Source of the DNA: Haliotis rubra
Taxonomy: Eukaryota
Length of the DNA: 64,000 nucleotides
Assembly: GCF_003918875.1 (NCBI RefSeq)
Contig: NW_025765336.1
Span: forward strand, 620,001-684,000
Direction of reading: 5' to 3'
The notes under the pieces were generated by a model, which was not told where the DNA came from, did not search any database, and was given only the letters and a program-made list of their open reading frames with translations. A program made the position numbers and the translations under genes. Of this stretch, positions 12,723 through 25,000 are shown piece by piece (positions within the stretch are counted from its first letter, which is position 1; each line of letters starts with the position of its first letter).

Positions 12723-13567
12723 AAAGATTGTCTCAGTTGAAATAAGCATAGTTCTGGGATCCATTTGGAATATTTCTATTTTGTAGGCATAACTCTTTTG
12801 GATAAGATGACTACATCTCGATTTAAATGTTAGTCAAAGCCATCACTACGTACACTTGTCTGATGATGTATTTCATGGAGAAGCATGTACNNNNNNNNNN
12901 NNNNNNNNNNNNNNNNNNNNNNNNNNNNNNNNNNNNNNNNNNNNNNNNNNNNNNNNNNNNNNNNNNNNNNNNNNNNNNNNNNNNNNNNNNNNNNNNNNNN
13001 NNNNNNNNNNNNNNNNNNNNNNNNNNNNNNNAAAAAAATAATTTATGTACAAAGTAAGTGACCCCGCCCTGCATGTCATGTACAAAATCAATGCCCCCTC
13101 CCTTCCCATAATCTTTAAGCATAATTATTAAATATTCCTATGTACAAAATTGCTGACAAACACACACACACCCCACACCCCCAAGCCATAAATTATGCAC
13201 GGTCCCTAAATGCAAATGATGAGTTGTAACTAACTTCTGCCTGTTTTTCTTTTGTGGTACTTCCATAAATCCAGTTAGTAATCCCTGACTGTTTCGCTGA
13301 CTTGTGAAACGGCCAGTGGTGGGTCGTCACATAGAATGCAGTCACTAAAAATGGCAGAGACGATATATAATGTACCTTTGCTTCTTTCAACGGATTAAGT
13401 GAAATTATAACCCATGACATAGTTACACTGTTTTGTTTTTGTTTCATGAAGTGCATTTTCTAATAATATTGTCAATTTAATTCTTGTTATAAAAACGACA
13501 TATTTTGTAGGACGGTCCCGCTACTGACAAACTATTTCACCATTCGCATGCAATCTGACTTATCTCC

Positions 13568-13599
13568 CCGGAAGCACGTGTGCGCCCTCTTTCCCCTCC
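13568..13599 (+). promoter_or_regulatory. RPL12 promoter: ETS/GABP site, E-box and TCT/5'TOP initiator
   Basis: ccggaag (13568-13574), cacgtg (13575-13580), ccctctttcccctcc (13585-13599), about 110-120 bp before the ATG. This layout is typical of ribosomal protein genes. Confidence 0.7.
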
Positions 13600-13707
13600 A
13601 CTATTACAGTCGGTGGTGGTGCATCTTGCTTGGTCGTGTCCTATCGGGCTCATCCAACACCATTGCTGACATCTAGATCGAAAACAAGTTCACTTTAAGC
13701 AACTACA

Positions 13708-16700
13708 ATGCCTCCCAAATTCGATCCAACCGTTATTCACGAAGGTAGATCCATATATTCCGTTATTTTCAGCTTTCCCCCACTGACTTAGCACTGGCTG
13801 TGTCATCATCATGGCAGAGGACACGTTGTAAGTAAGGTTGGCGTTATATCTGTCTTGTCATGTATTTATTTCCACCATAGAAAACGTTTCTCAGGACAAG
13901 TACAGATGGTTGAATATTTTGATGTGATGGAATATTGCGAAGAAGTCTGGCGTGTCATTAGTAACACGTACAATGACTTTTTTTATGTTAACCCATATTT
14001 TCTGTTCACGTTCAGTCGTTGTGAAGTTGTGCTTGTGTCGGTCAAGGCGATTTCTGTGGGAATTTAACAGATGAATTCAACAGAGAGACTGATTATGGAG
14101 TGCTGGCTTAGTGTCTGGAAACGAATGTTCCAATGATAGTCACAGGACACGCTGGAATGGGCAGTAGTCGGGCAAAACCTTATGCATGTTGGCTCTTTCG
14201 TCAATTAAAACTTACCTAGTTCTCTAAATGGCTAAATGATATAGTCATGTGCTGCAAAATTACAATAGTGAGGTTGACTTTGTTCCATATACGTTTGTTA
14301 CATTTTTTAAATGGGATTTTATTAGAAAACGCTTTCATTGTAAATAAATAATTATGGTCCAGACTGTTGGAAAATAACTAACTTAAAATGATTGTCCGAT
14401 CACTGCAGTGATTGAAATTGTACATACTTTTGCCATTACCAAACTGGCACAACATGGGGAAAAATGTGTCAACTTGTTTGAATGATTGATATGTTATGTG
14501 GGTGGGTGTTCGGGTGTAAACATTTGGGTTTTGTCCAACTTGCCATGAACTCTTGAGTTGACAAGATAACTACTGTCAATGTTTCTGAGATCTGCACCTG
14601 AGGCATGCTGTATTTAGAAAATGAATATAGTTTTTTTCACCAGGTGCAATATCAACTATCAAGTCTTAGGCAGTGGGTCATTGTTGACACCACTGTCACC
14701 TAACTTGATGACATATACACAATTCTGTGTTGAAGATTAATTTGAAAAACAGTGGATCTGATTGTCAGGTGACTTGGTTTTAGAGATGTGGTGGAGATTC
14801 TTAAAAGACAACTTGGCTGGCTTATCATGAGATGGATGTTGGTGGGTTATTCTTGGTGAAGGGTTTGATTGGTTAAGCAGACTTTTCTTCATTTTTTGTT
14901 AAGATTATATCAAAACCTAATAAATGGTAAATCAGATTAGTTGGGTTGATTAGTCAGTAGTCTGATCAATGTTTTCTCTTTCAGTATGTGTGAGGGCTGT
15001 CGGTGGAGAAGTTCCAGCAACCTCCTCGCTTGCCCCCAAGATTGGTCCCCTCGGTCTGGTAGGTTTAGCATTCCTCAATTTGTAAATAAGTTGATTTAAG
15101 ATGTTTAGGTAAAGCGACATACATGTATGCTCAATCATGTTTGTAGGGTCTGCACCTGAGGCATGCTGTATTTAGAAAATGAATATAGTTTTTTTCACCA
15201 GGTGCAATATCAACTATCATGTCTTAGGCAGTGGGTCATTGTTGACACCACTGTCACCTAACATGATGACATTATCCAATCAATCCTTGAATATATATTT
15301 GATGAAATAAAACAGTATATCTGATGGTCAGGTAGCTGGGTTTTAGAAAATTGGTTAAAATCTTGTAAGAAATTTTGGTTTAAATTGCCCGAGACCATAT
15401 TAAAAGAAAGAGTTCTATCCAACATTTTGTAATGAGTGTGTTCATTGTCAAACTGGCTGTTTTAAAACCAAAGAACACTGCTGAAAATTAAGAGATAAAC
15501 ACCATGTCCACTTCCAACTCGATCACATCTCAGAGTGGCGGTTTATGTGAAGTATCTGTATTTGAGAATGCAGACGGTCCCAGTACATTTGTACTCATCT
15601 TGGACTGGTGGTTATTGTATTTTGTATTTTGTGAGTGCGAAACAGATTCTTGCAACATGGTCTAGCAGGATACAAGAATCTGTATCAAAATGTCACACCC
15701 ACACTTCCAAACTTCTAAAATGCCTCTCAAAGAAGTCAGAAAGCACCTGTTGACATCCAAAGTTGCCCATTATTGTTCTGTTGGAGTTGAATAGATGTTG
15801 AACTGGTGTTTATTTGTCTCTCTTGAATTCAGTCCCCCAAGAAGATTGGTGATGACATTGCTAAGAACACGACCGAGTGGAAAGGCCTGAAGATCACCGT
15901 GAAGCTGATCATCCAAAACAGACAGGCCAAGGTTGAAGTCGTACCCAGTGCTGCATCCCTCGTCATCAAGGCCCTTAAGGAGCCGCCAAGGGACAGGAAG
16001 AAGGTGAAGCACGGTAAGTATCCTTTACTGCAGAGTCAACTTGACCTCCCTTCAAGATGCCGGTTAGAACGGGTTGAAGCAGCGGCCTATATGGCGTGGC
16101 AAATGACAGAATCAGGCGGCCAGACTTGTCTCAGTTCATGCCTGTCATAGTCTCCAAGTTAAGCAGGACCATGCTCGTGTCAATGTATTGTCTGGTCCAG
16201 ACCGGTTATTTGCAGACTGCTGTCATTTAAATGGAATACACTTGGTTGATTGAAGCAATGACATTGACTTGAAATGCATGTCTTTTGAAAAAGAAAGTCA
16301 TGTGATAGTACTTTAGTGCTGATAAGCCATTTTAGTAAAATAGTATTCCTGATAGTGTCAATTTCTGGACTGTGCTCGTATGGTAAAGGACAAACAATGA
16401 ATGTCATGATGACCTAGTATGAAATAGGTCTTGTTCCCTATGTTTTACTTATTGTACTTGGAATTTGATAATTGATACATCAACTCGTCTTTCAGTGAAG
16501 CACTCGGGCAACATCACAATGGATGATGTTTTCAAGATAGCCAGACAGATGAGGCCAAGGAGTATGGCAAAGGCTTTCTCCGGGACTGTCAAAGAAATTC
16601 TGGGTATGTAAGAACTTTTTTCCAAGTCATTGTGATGGAGAAATTGGCTGTTGCTGTATGTTTGGCATTGTTACTGGGTCTCTCAACCAGATTTGCTTGC

Positions 16701-17968
16701 CCAGTATTTGTACCAGGAATAGTACTGGTGTTGGACAATTCACTCAAAACTTATATGGTCTTCGTTTCATAGGACACTGTGGCGGTGGGGTAGTCTAGTG
16801 GTTAAGAGGATCCCTCGTCGCGCTGAAGACTCTGGTTTAATTCTCCACATGGGCACATTGTGTGAAGCCCATTTCGGGTTTTCCCCTGTAGTTATATTGC
16901 TGGAATATTGCTAAAAGCGGCTTGAAACCCCCACTCAGACGTATGGCACTGAATGCATGGCACATATCCTTGTAGGTGCAAATTTTGTGTTCTGAGATGA
17001 TATTCACAAGGCACTGTTTAACTTGTGAGAGTGAATGCACTAATGAGAAAAAGTTGAATAACACATGATTGAAGAGCCTTGTCTTCATTGTTTGTTTTTT
17101 ATATTTCAGGAACCTGTCAGTCAGTTGGGTGCACAGTTGAGAGAAGTCATCCACACACTATCATTGAGAAGATTGACAGTGGAGAAATGGAAACCCCAGA
17201 GGTATATAACACATTTATGTTCATAGGAATAGTGTACCTCGTCCTGATATTGCTAAAAGTGACAAACAGTACTTATTGGAATAAGGGGCGGTGGGGTAGC
17301 CTGATGGTGAAAGTGTCCGCTTGTGACGCTGAAGACCTGGGTTCGATTCCCCACATGGGTAAAATGTGTGAAGTCCATTTATGGTGTCCCCATCGTGATA
17401 TTTCTGAATGTGGCATAAAACCATACATACTCGTAGGAAATAGGCATGAAACGGTATACCGCGGTATTAGTAGAACCACAGTATTTGGCCTTCGGTTCGG
17501 TATACTGTAGTGCATTCCAAAAATTCGGTATTTTTGGTTTTTGTACCGTCATTTATTAACCTTTTAAAACCTTTTCTAAAATGTCTACAAATCGAGCATT
17601 TTGTCAAAATGTATGCATTTCTTGGCCAGATGGCCACTTTTTTCTCGGAAGTAAGTTCTCATATACCGGACCGAACCGAAGGCCTTGTACCGCAATACAG
17701 ACCGTACCGTTTCACCCCTTGTAGGAAAGAAGTGTTATGACTTTCACTTAATGAATGACAGACTTCTAACTACGATACAACTGCTTGGTGAACGAGACAT
17801 TGTTGATAACAAAGTAGCTACATAATCTTTAGAATTGCCATCCTTGCCAAGTAGGGCTCATGTTTTGTACATTTGTTTTGCCTCTGCTCAGTTTGTTACA
17901 TCATAACTTCGATTTTACACCTGAAGGACATCTTGTGATGCAATGTCTTCTCTCTGTTGCAGGAATAA
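13708..17968 (+). CDS. RPL12: 60S ribosomal protein L12 (uL11), 165 aa, 6 coding exons
   Basis: Exons 13708-13744, 14985-15058, 15833-16013, 16496-16603, 17110-17201, 17963-17968 (GAA TAA), all GT-AG with consistent phase. Protein MPPKFDP...[30 protein letters not shown]...[22 protein letters not shown]...[18 protein letters not shown] at 17994-17999. Confidence 0.97.
14591..14716 (+). ncRNA. Box H/ACA snoRNA, copy 1 (RPL12 intron 1)
   Basis: Hairpin tgcacctg/caggtgca, H box ATATCA (14649-14654), hairpin atcaagt/acttgat with a pseudouridylation pocket, ACA at 14711-14713. Near-identical copy in intron 2. Confidence 0.88.
15149..15274 (+). ncRNA. Box H/ACA snoRNA, copy 2 (RPL12 intron 2)
   Basis: Same structure as copy 1, with a compensatory change (atcatgt/acatgat versus atcaagt/acttgat). 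ACA at 15269-15271. Confidence 0.88.
16779..16935 (+). mobile_element. tRNA-derived SINE family B (RPL12 intron 4)
   Basis: ggcggtggggtagtctagtggttaag...gctggaatattgctaaaagcggc. Confidence 0.8.
17285..17425 (+). mobile_element. tRNA-derived SINE family B (RPL12 intron 5)
   Basis: ggggcggtggggtagcctgatgg...ggttcgattccccacatggg. Confidence 0.8.
17441..17720. mobile_element. hAT-type MITE with 8-bp TSD
   Basis: Ends taggcatgaaacggta / taccgtttcacccctt. TSD gtaggaaa at 17433-17440 and 17721-17728. Confidence 0.75.
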
Positions 17969-19086
17969 ACTGGTTGCAGCATGGATGTATTGAAATAAAT
18001 TTTATGCGTCCAATATGTGTTTTGTTTTCAATTTGAAGTCCATGAGCTGTCTAGGAGATGACAGAATATTCCTGTGGGTTGGAATCCTAAACTTCTGTTT
18101 TTGGTTTGTCTCAGGGACTCGAAACATCAGACGACCAGTTAAGCTCACCGTCAATGCATATATTTATGTACATATGGTGCTTCACGAAATATTTACTTGG
18201 ATCAAGCTTGGAACCTGAAGTGCGTGGGCTGGCATATGAACCCAGGGTCAACATATCTTGCCATCTGATCTTGATCACAAATTTACCCTGACACTTCACA
18301 TTCAGAATTTTACCTACATTTATGACAAACAATAATACTTTGTGATCATATTTTTTTATTGATTACTTTTGTCAAAAGACTAGCATGCTTGCACTATTCC
18401 GATGTAAAAGATCTCTAAGTACTCTGGAGCATTTTCCAAGTCTTCAAATGAGCACATTCGTGTAAGCGCAGGGTCGTGTTGACACAAGTGGCCATTGATA
18501 ACAACCTTCATGGGTGGACCTGACTGAATCCACCACATACTGTCCCAGAAAACAGCTTGAATAGATCCGATAAACATGGCACCACTGAACTGTTGCAGTG
18601 AAAGGAGTATTTTTCACAAACTTATACCATCTCAGAGCAGTCATTCGAATGTACCTGGTCCAAAGAAATGTCAAGTGTGGCTGATGAAATATTTCCAGAC
18701 ATTGACTGTTTGTTGTGGGCAGGATTGCCTTGAAGAAATGTCTGTAGGTTTATAGAGAACTTTCCTCTGTCCTGTACACTATGTTGAATATAAGAGTAGA
18801 CTACAGCAGAGCTCACGTCTGTTACAGATTGTTCATGTAACCCTTGAGCCCTGAAGGTGGACACGTAGAGTCTTGTGATATTGGCATCCCTTATGACTGT
18901 CTACCCAGGTACTAATTCTACACATCTGTAAGTGGCGACACTTCCAACCATGGACATTTCTTGCATTCATTACGTGCACATGCTGTACACCTAACAGGGA
19001 AGAACGTACTGTCCTAGATGTATATAAACATCTAGATGTACAATAACAAGTCTTTAACCGTTGTAAAAGGTCTCCATAAAATCATG

Positions 19087-22000
19087 CTATACAAAATAGG
19101 CAGCAAGCTGAGCCATCTTGTCTTTTGGTTTTCCTCTTCCTCGACCCCTGCCACGGCCACGACCTCCTCTTCCCCTGCCCCCACGTCCTCTGCCACCATG
19201 GCCACGGCGGTTCGACAGGTTGACGGCATAATGTTTCTCAATGAGTGACTTGAACACAGCATCACAGAAGGCACACCCCGTGTGCTCTTCATCACCATTA
19301 GGGAAAGGAGACTTGCTCTGAAAACCAAATAGAACAAAACACTAGATTTACATGATCCTGTTCTAGTGTAATGTCTGCAAGGAATAAGTGCAGAATCTGT
19401 CTCCGTGAGGTGATGATGGTAAGTCTTACAACCCGATGAAAGAGGGCCAAGAACACACCAATGACCTCTTACTGATGTAATAATGGTTTTTCGTGTCCTA
19501 ATGCATGATGAAATGTTAACCAGGAGTATTTATTTAGTCCATTATGCAGTGTATGAAATAAGGCCCGAGGCGGTCTAGATTTCTGACGGACGGTCTAAAT
19601 TTACAGCTAGCCAGCCTGATGGTCTGGTAATTTTTTTTGGATCTTTCATACATCTGAGTAAATTCACCATATTTGGTCTGGTTAAATCCATTTTGGGCTG
19701 GTAACATTTTGAAGTTACCAGCCCTGATGTCTGGCTGGAATTTTGGCTTATTTCATACACTGCATTATGGTATGCCCCAAAACCTGATGAAATGCTGATA
19801 GCAATAAGTGCAGGACTGTTTATTAAGTTAATCATGGTATGTCCCATATCTGATAACATGTTGACCAGAAATAGTGAAGGAACATTTCCTTAAGTACTGT
19901 AAAAAGGTCATGTTGTATGATGATATTTTCTGCTACGAAACTTTTCCAAGACTCTGAAACCAAGACATCAATATTTTACCTTGTACTGCACAACAACAGT
20001 ATTAGCACCACAGTCGTCACAGGTGTCTTCACCGATGGTAATCTTGGAAGCATTGTCAAAGAAGTTGATCACCACACTACACCTGAAACAAAACAAGGCA
20101 GTAGGTCATGTAGGCAACATGTTACTCAAACAAAGTTAAAGAACACAAGGTGGCTTTAAAATAATCAACCCTGGACAACACAATCCAGGGATTGACATCA
20201 TAAGCATTAATCTATGCGATTGGGATACAGTGACACGAGTCAAACAAGTCTGCAAACATGACCCTCTGATCTTGTTAGTCACCTCTTACGACAAGCATGG
20301 GTTGAAGACCAATTCTAATCCGGATCTTCACTTGCCATGTGTGTGAGTGAACATGAAGCTAAAGTTGACTCACTTGTTACAAGCCATCCTCCACTTGGGT
20401 CCAGACGTCTGGTCCAGGACGAGGATGCCGTACTCACACTCCACACACTCTGAGATTCCGGTCTGTGATAGGGAGTGTTGGCAGGACGGATGTGTACATT
20501 CGTTACAACCCATCCCCTTCCTCATGTTCTTGAAGGGAGGGTGGTTGTAGCAGTATGGACACAGTGGATAACTCTGAAAAACAAACGGGATTGTAGTCTT
20601 TATGGTTTCTTTCAGCCTCAATGAAAACAGATCTTAGTGCTCATTACCACTACATCTCATCTTAGATCTCATAACTACTACATCACATCCTAGTGCTCAT
20701 AGACTCTACTTCAGATCTAAGTTCTGGCTTCTCCTAAACAATGATCTAAGGTGTCCCATTACAGGTCATGTCCCACTGACCCTTGCCAACCCTCACCCAT
20801 TCTCTTCCCACAGAGGTTACTCCTGTCACATCTTCCTACGTAACCTCTGTTCTAATACGGCCCTTTCATGGTGTGAGCGTTCAAGACTCGTGATTGGAGA
20901 CAATCAGATTTAGTTGTGCAATCAGCGACGTTGTTTCAAAAGTGATCATTCGCAAGGCCTCGGTAATTTCTGTATGCTTCGAGAAAACTAAACTTCTTCC
21001 CCTGCGCGATGCGCAAACGTTTCTTCTAGACAGATCAGTGGCGTCTCCATCGCCCTCGTTGACAACGGACAAGCTAGCCATTAAACGTCTTGTGTGTAAC
21101 ATCAACACAAGTCCCTGGCAGATGGGGGATATTTGTGGCCCCACATTTGCTTGTGTTAGTCAAGTTGAATCTAAGTCAATGTAACAGGTGTTCTGATTGG
21201 ATAGAAAGAAAGGAGATAATTCGTGTTGCGATCTTTTGCCGCTAGGGGATTTTACGAGAACCGGGAAATATGGCCGTATTAGAACAGAGGTTACGTAGGA
21301 AGATATGACAGGAGTAACCTCTGTGGGAAGAGAATGACCCTCACCACCAGTTGCAAAAAGGACTAAACAAAAGCCAATAGAAAAGTAGCTTCAGGGGTGG
21401 AAATAACTTTAAAACTGCTAGTGTACTCCGGTACAGTGGCACAAGTAAAATCACTTGCCCTGATAATTTTTCCACTATACTGGCCGATTTTCGTGTTGAT
21501 TTTTTAAATAAACAACATAATTAACATTGGAAAGTAAACTGGACACCGGTACAGTGTGATATACAAATTTGCTTGCCCGACAGAAAAAAACACTGGACTC
21601 GGGCGTCGGGCAATGGGTTATTTCCACCCCTGAGCTTTCTCCAGCTCACTGGAACTAGCTTCAAACTGATGACATTCAGGAAATGTCTAAGGCTGAGATT
21701 GTATTGCAGTTCTTCTGTCAAGTTATGTGATGTGTAATGGTCAGTGTAATGGTCATTCAAAATGTCCCGTGCTAGCCATTTTGAGGTTGCATGATTAGAA
21801 AAAACATTTTGGACTTCAATAATATCAGCAGGTATGCTCTCATTGATCAGGTAAAAAGGAGTTCTAATGGGACGTTCAATGTGTAATGACAGCAAACAGT
21901 AATATTTGGTCTTAATTTGACCAGTAAACAATTTTTGGTACATTCCAGCTCTTCAAACGATGTCTGAATAATCATATCCTGCCAATCAAACCAGCAATCG

Positions 22001-25000
22001 AAGTAATGATTAAGTTCCCAAACTGTTAGGTATGATGACAGACATTCACACAGTTCACTCAGTCACCTCTTTCCACAAGTAATTGAGTTTTTCTGTTTCA
22101 CGTCCCCACTTGGGGAGAGAAACAAACAGAATCAACAACAAATCAAGCCATGAACTATGGCCGATCAGCAGATAAGAAGATTAAAGGATTTACATATCAA
22201 GGACTGACCTTGCCCTTGGCACCAGTTGTCCACAACACCAGCTCGTAGTCATCTAGCGGACACCGGAGTTCCTTGTAGAGCTTGATGTTGCCGTTCTGCG
22301 GCAGGGAATATGTCTCGTCACACATGGAGCAGTGAAGACGAGAAGGTTTCGCCTGCACGTATTTCATGTAGCGTCGACACTTACCACACCTGGAAATTAC
22401 TTGTGTGTTAGACAAAACATCTTACAATATTCCAATCATGTGAAAAGTCAATCATGAAACAGATTAGGTCTTAGTTATAGGATAAACAAAATATTTTGAA
22501 TAATACTTTGCACAATGTTATCAGTGGGATTATGCTTTTTCAGTAAAGTACAGATTCTAGTACTTTTGGGGTTGAGTTCCATCTGTGATTCGAACCCACA
22601 CTACCGGCACCTACCGGTAATCACCAGCACACAAAGTCAGCGATCTAACCCATTCAGCTGCAGTTTCCTCGAAATGGATGTCTGACAACTGAAAATCTAG
22701 ATCACATACTTTGTGTACCCCTCTGACAAGTGTAAGTTGGAACGGCTCCCACAGCCAAAAGCTATGAATACACAAAGCCATTTAGAAAGTGGTGACATGT
22801 GACATAGGTTATGTTCGGGATTACACTTTCTCAGTGAGTACAGATTCAGAAGAGGGGTAACTCTGCACAGCAAATTACATCTTAGACAATTGGGCTTCCT
22901 GTAACCTCTGCATTAGTTTGTGTTACCACAGCAGATGCATTTCCATTCAGTACATACCTTGACAGAGGTCGACCGCTGTCGGCCAGGGATGAGAAAGTAA
23001 CCTCGAACAGCTCATCCATACCGTTGATATTCTCAACAAAGTATCGGAACTTCCTGTGAAATATGTCCAAGCCATGCTGCTTGACTGCGTAGAAGTCTGC
23101 CTTGCCGTGAGAGATGAGGTTCAGTTGTTGTTCCACAGCTGATCTCATGGTCGGTAGCACAAGGTCAGCGTCAATCTGGAACAAAAGAAATGCTCTGCCC
23201 CTTACTGCCATCCTTGCTACATAATGTGATTGGTGTTGATGGCATAATTCTGAAACTTTGATGTCATCATGGGTTTGTAATGTAACTTGTGATAACACAT
23301 TGTCCTTGCTATAATGTCGTTCAGGTCTTAATGTCATCCAAGCTAAAATTGTTTCCTCACCGTAAAGACAATGTCACCCACCACCCTCATGATAATGTCA
23401 CTCTGTCATAATTTCACTTTGCCACCATGGATATACACTTCTGTGTTACGTAAAAACCCGTCATCACTCTAATGACGCCCTGTTGTAATGTCATCACCAC
23501 CATAAAGTAACCCTGTCATAATATCATCATCACCATAATTCCACCATGTCATGTCGTCACCACCATAATGGTGCTCTGTCATAATGTCGTCACCACCATA
23601 ATGCCACAGTCATGTCATCACCACCATAAAACCACCCCGTCATAATGTCATCATCAACATAATGCCACCCTGTCAAAATCTCATCACCACCATAAAGCCA
23701 CCCTGTCATAATGTAATCACCACCATAATGCCACTGTCATGTCATCACCACCATAATGCCACACAGTCATGTCATCACCACCATAAAGCCACCCTGTCAT
23801 AATGTAATCACCACCATATTGCCACACTGTCATGTCATCACCACCATAATGCCACACTGTCATCACCACAATAAAGCCACCCTATCATAATGTCAGCACC
23901 ACCACAATGCCACCCTGTCATAATGTCATCACCACAATAATGCCACCCTGTCATAATGTCATCACCACCATAAAGCCACCCTGTCATAATGTCATCACCA
24001 CCATAAAGCCACCCTGTCATAATGTCATCACCACCATAATGCCACCCTGTCATCATCAACATAATGCCACCCTGTCATCACCACCATAATGCCACCCTGT
24101 CATCACCACCATAATGCCACCCTGTCATAATGTCATCACCACCATAATGCCACCCTGTCATAATGTCATCACCACCATGCCACCCTGTCATGTCATCACC
24201 ACCATAATGCCACCCTGTCATAATGTCATCACCACCATAATGCCACCCTGTCATGTCATCACCACCATAATGCCACCCTGTCATAATGTCATCACCACCC
24301 TGTCATAATGTCACCCTGTCATGTCATAATGTCATCATGCCACCCTGTGTCATAAATCATCACCACCCTGTCATAATGTCATCACCACCATAATGCCATC
24401 CTGTCATAATGTCATCACCACCATAATGCCACCCTGTCATAATGTCGCATCACCACCATAATGCCACCCTGTCTTAATGTCATCACCACCATAATGCCAC
24501 CCTGTCATAATGTCATCACCACCATAATGCCACCCTGTCATAATGTCATCACCACCATAATGCCATCCATGTCATCACCATAATGTTGTCACCACCATAA
24601 TGGTGCTCTGTCATAATGTCATCACCATAATGCCACCCTGTCATAATGTCATCACCACCATAATGCCACCCTCTGTCATAATGTCATCACCACCATAATG
24701 CCACCCTGTCATAATGTCATCACCACCACCATAAGCCACCCTGTCATAATGTTGTCACCACCATAATGCCACCCTGTCATAATGTCATCACCACCATAAT
24801 GCCACCCTGTCATGTCATCACCACCATAATGCCACCCTGTCATAATGTCATCACCACCATAATGTCATCACCACCATAATGCCACCCTGTCATAATGTCA
24901 TCACCACCATAAAGCCACCCTGTCATAATGTCATCATCACCATAATGCCACCCTGTCATAATGTCATCACCACCATAAGCCACCCTGTCATAATGTCGTC

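Noticed and set aside
12823-13122. ORFs spanning N runs (also 28437-28747)
   Set aside because: Created by assembly gaps. Only the TOP3B exon part at 28370-28484 is real.
15630-15703. Hairpin acagattcttg/caagaatctgt in RPL12 intron 2 as an H/ACA half
   Set aside because: No clear H box or partner hairpin, and the pocket would leave CC rather than UN unpaired on the 28S segment it resembles.
16403-16480. Box C/D snoRNA candidate (ATGATGA) in RPL12 intron 3
   Set aside because: No CTGA D box at a suitable distance, no recognisable rRNA antisense, and too close to the acceptor.
17765-17826. Single hairpin with ACA 14 nt downstream in RPL12 intron 5
   Set aside because: No ANANNA box upstream and no target I can recognise.
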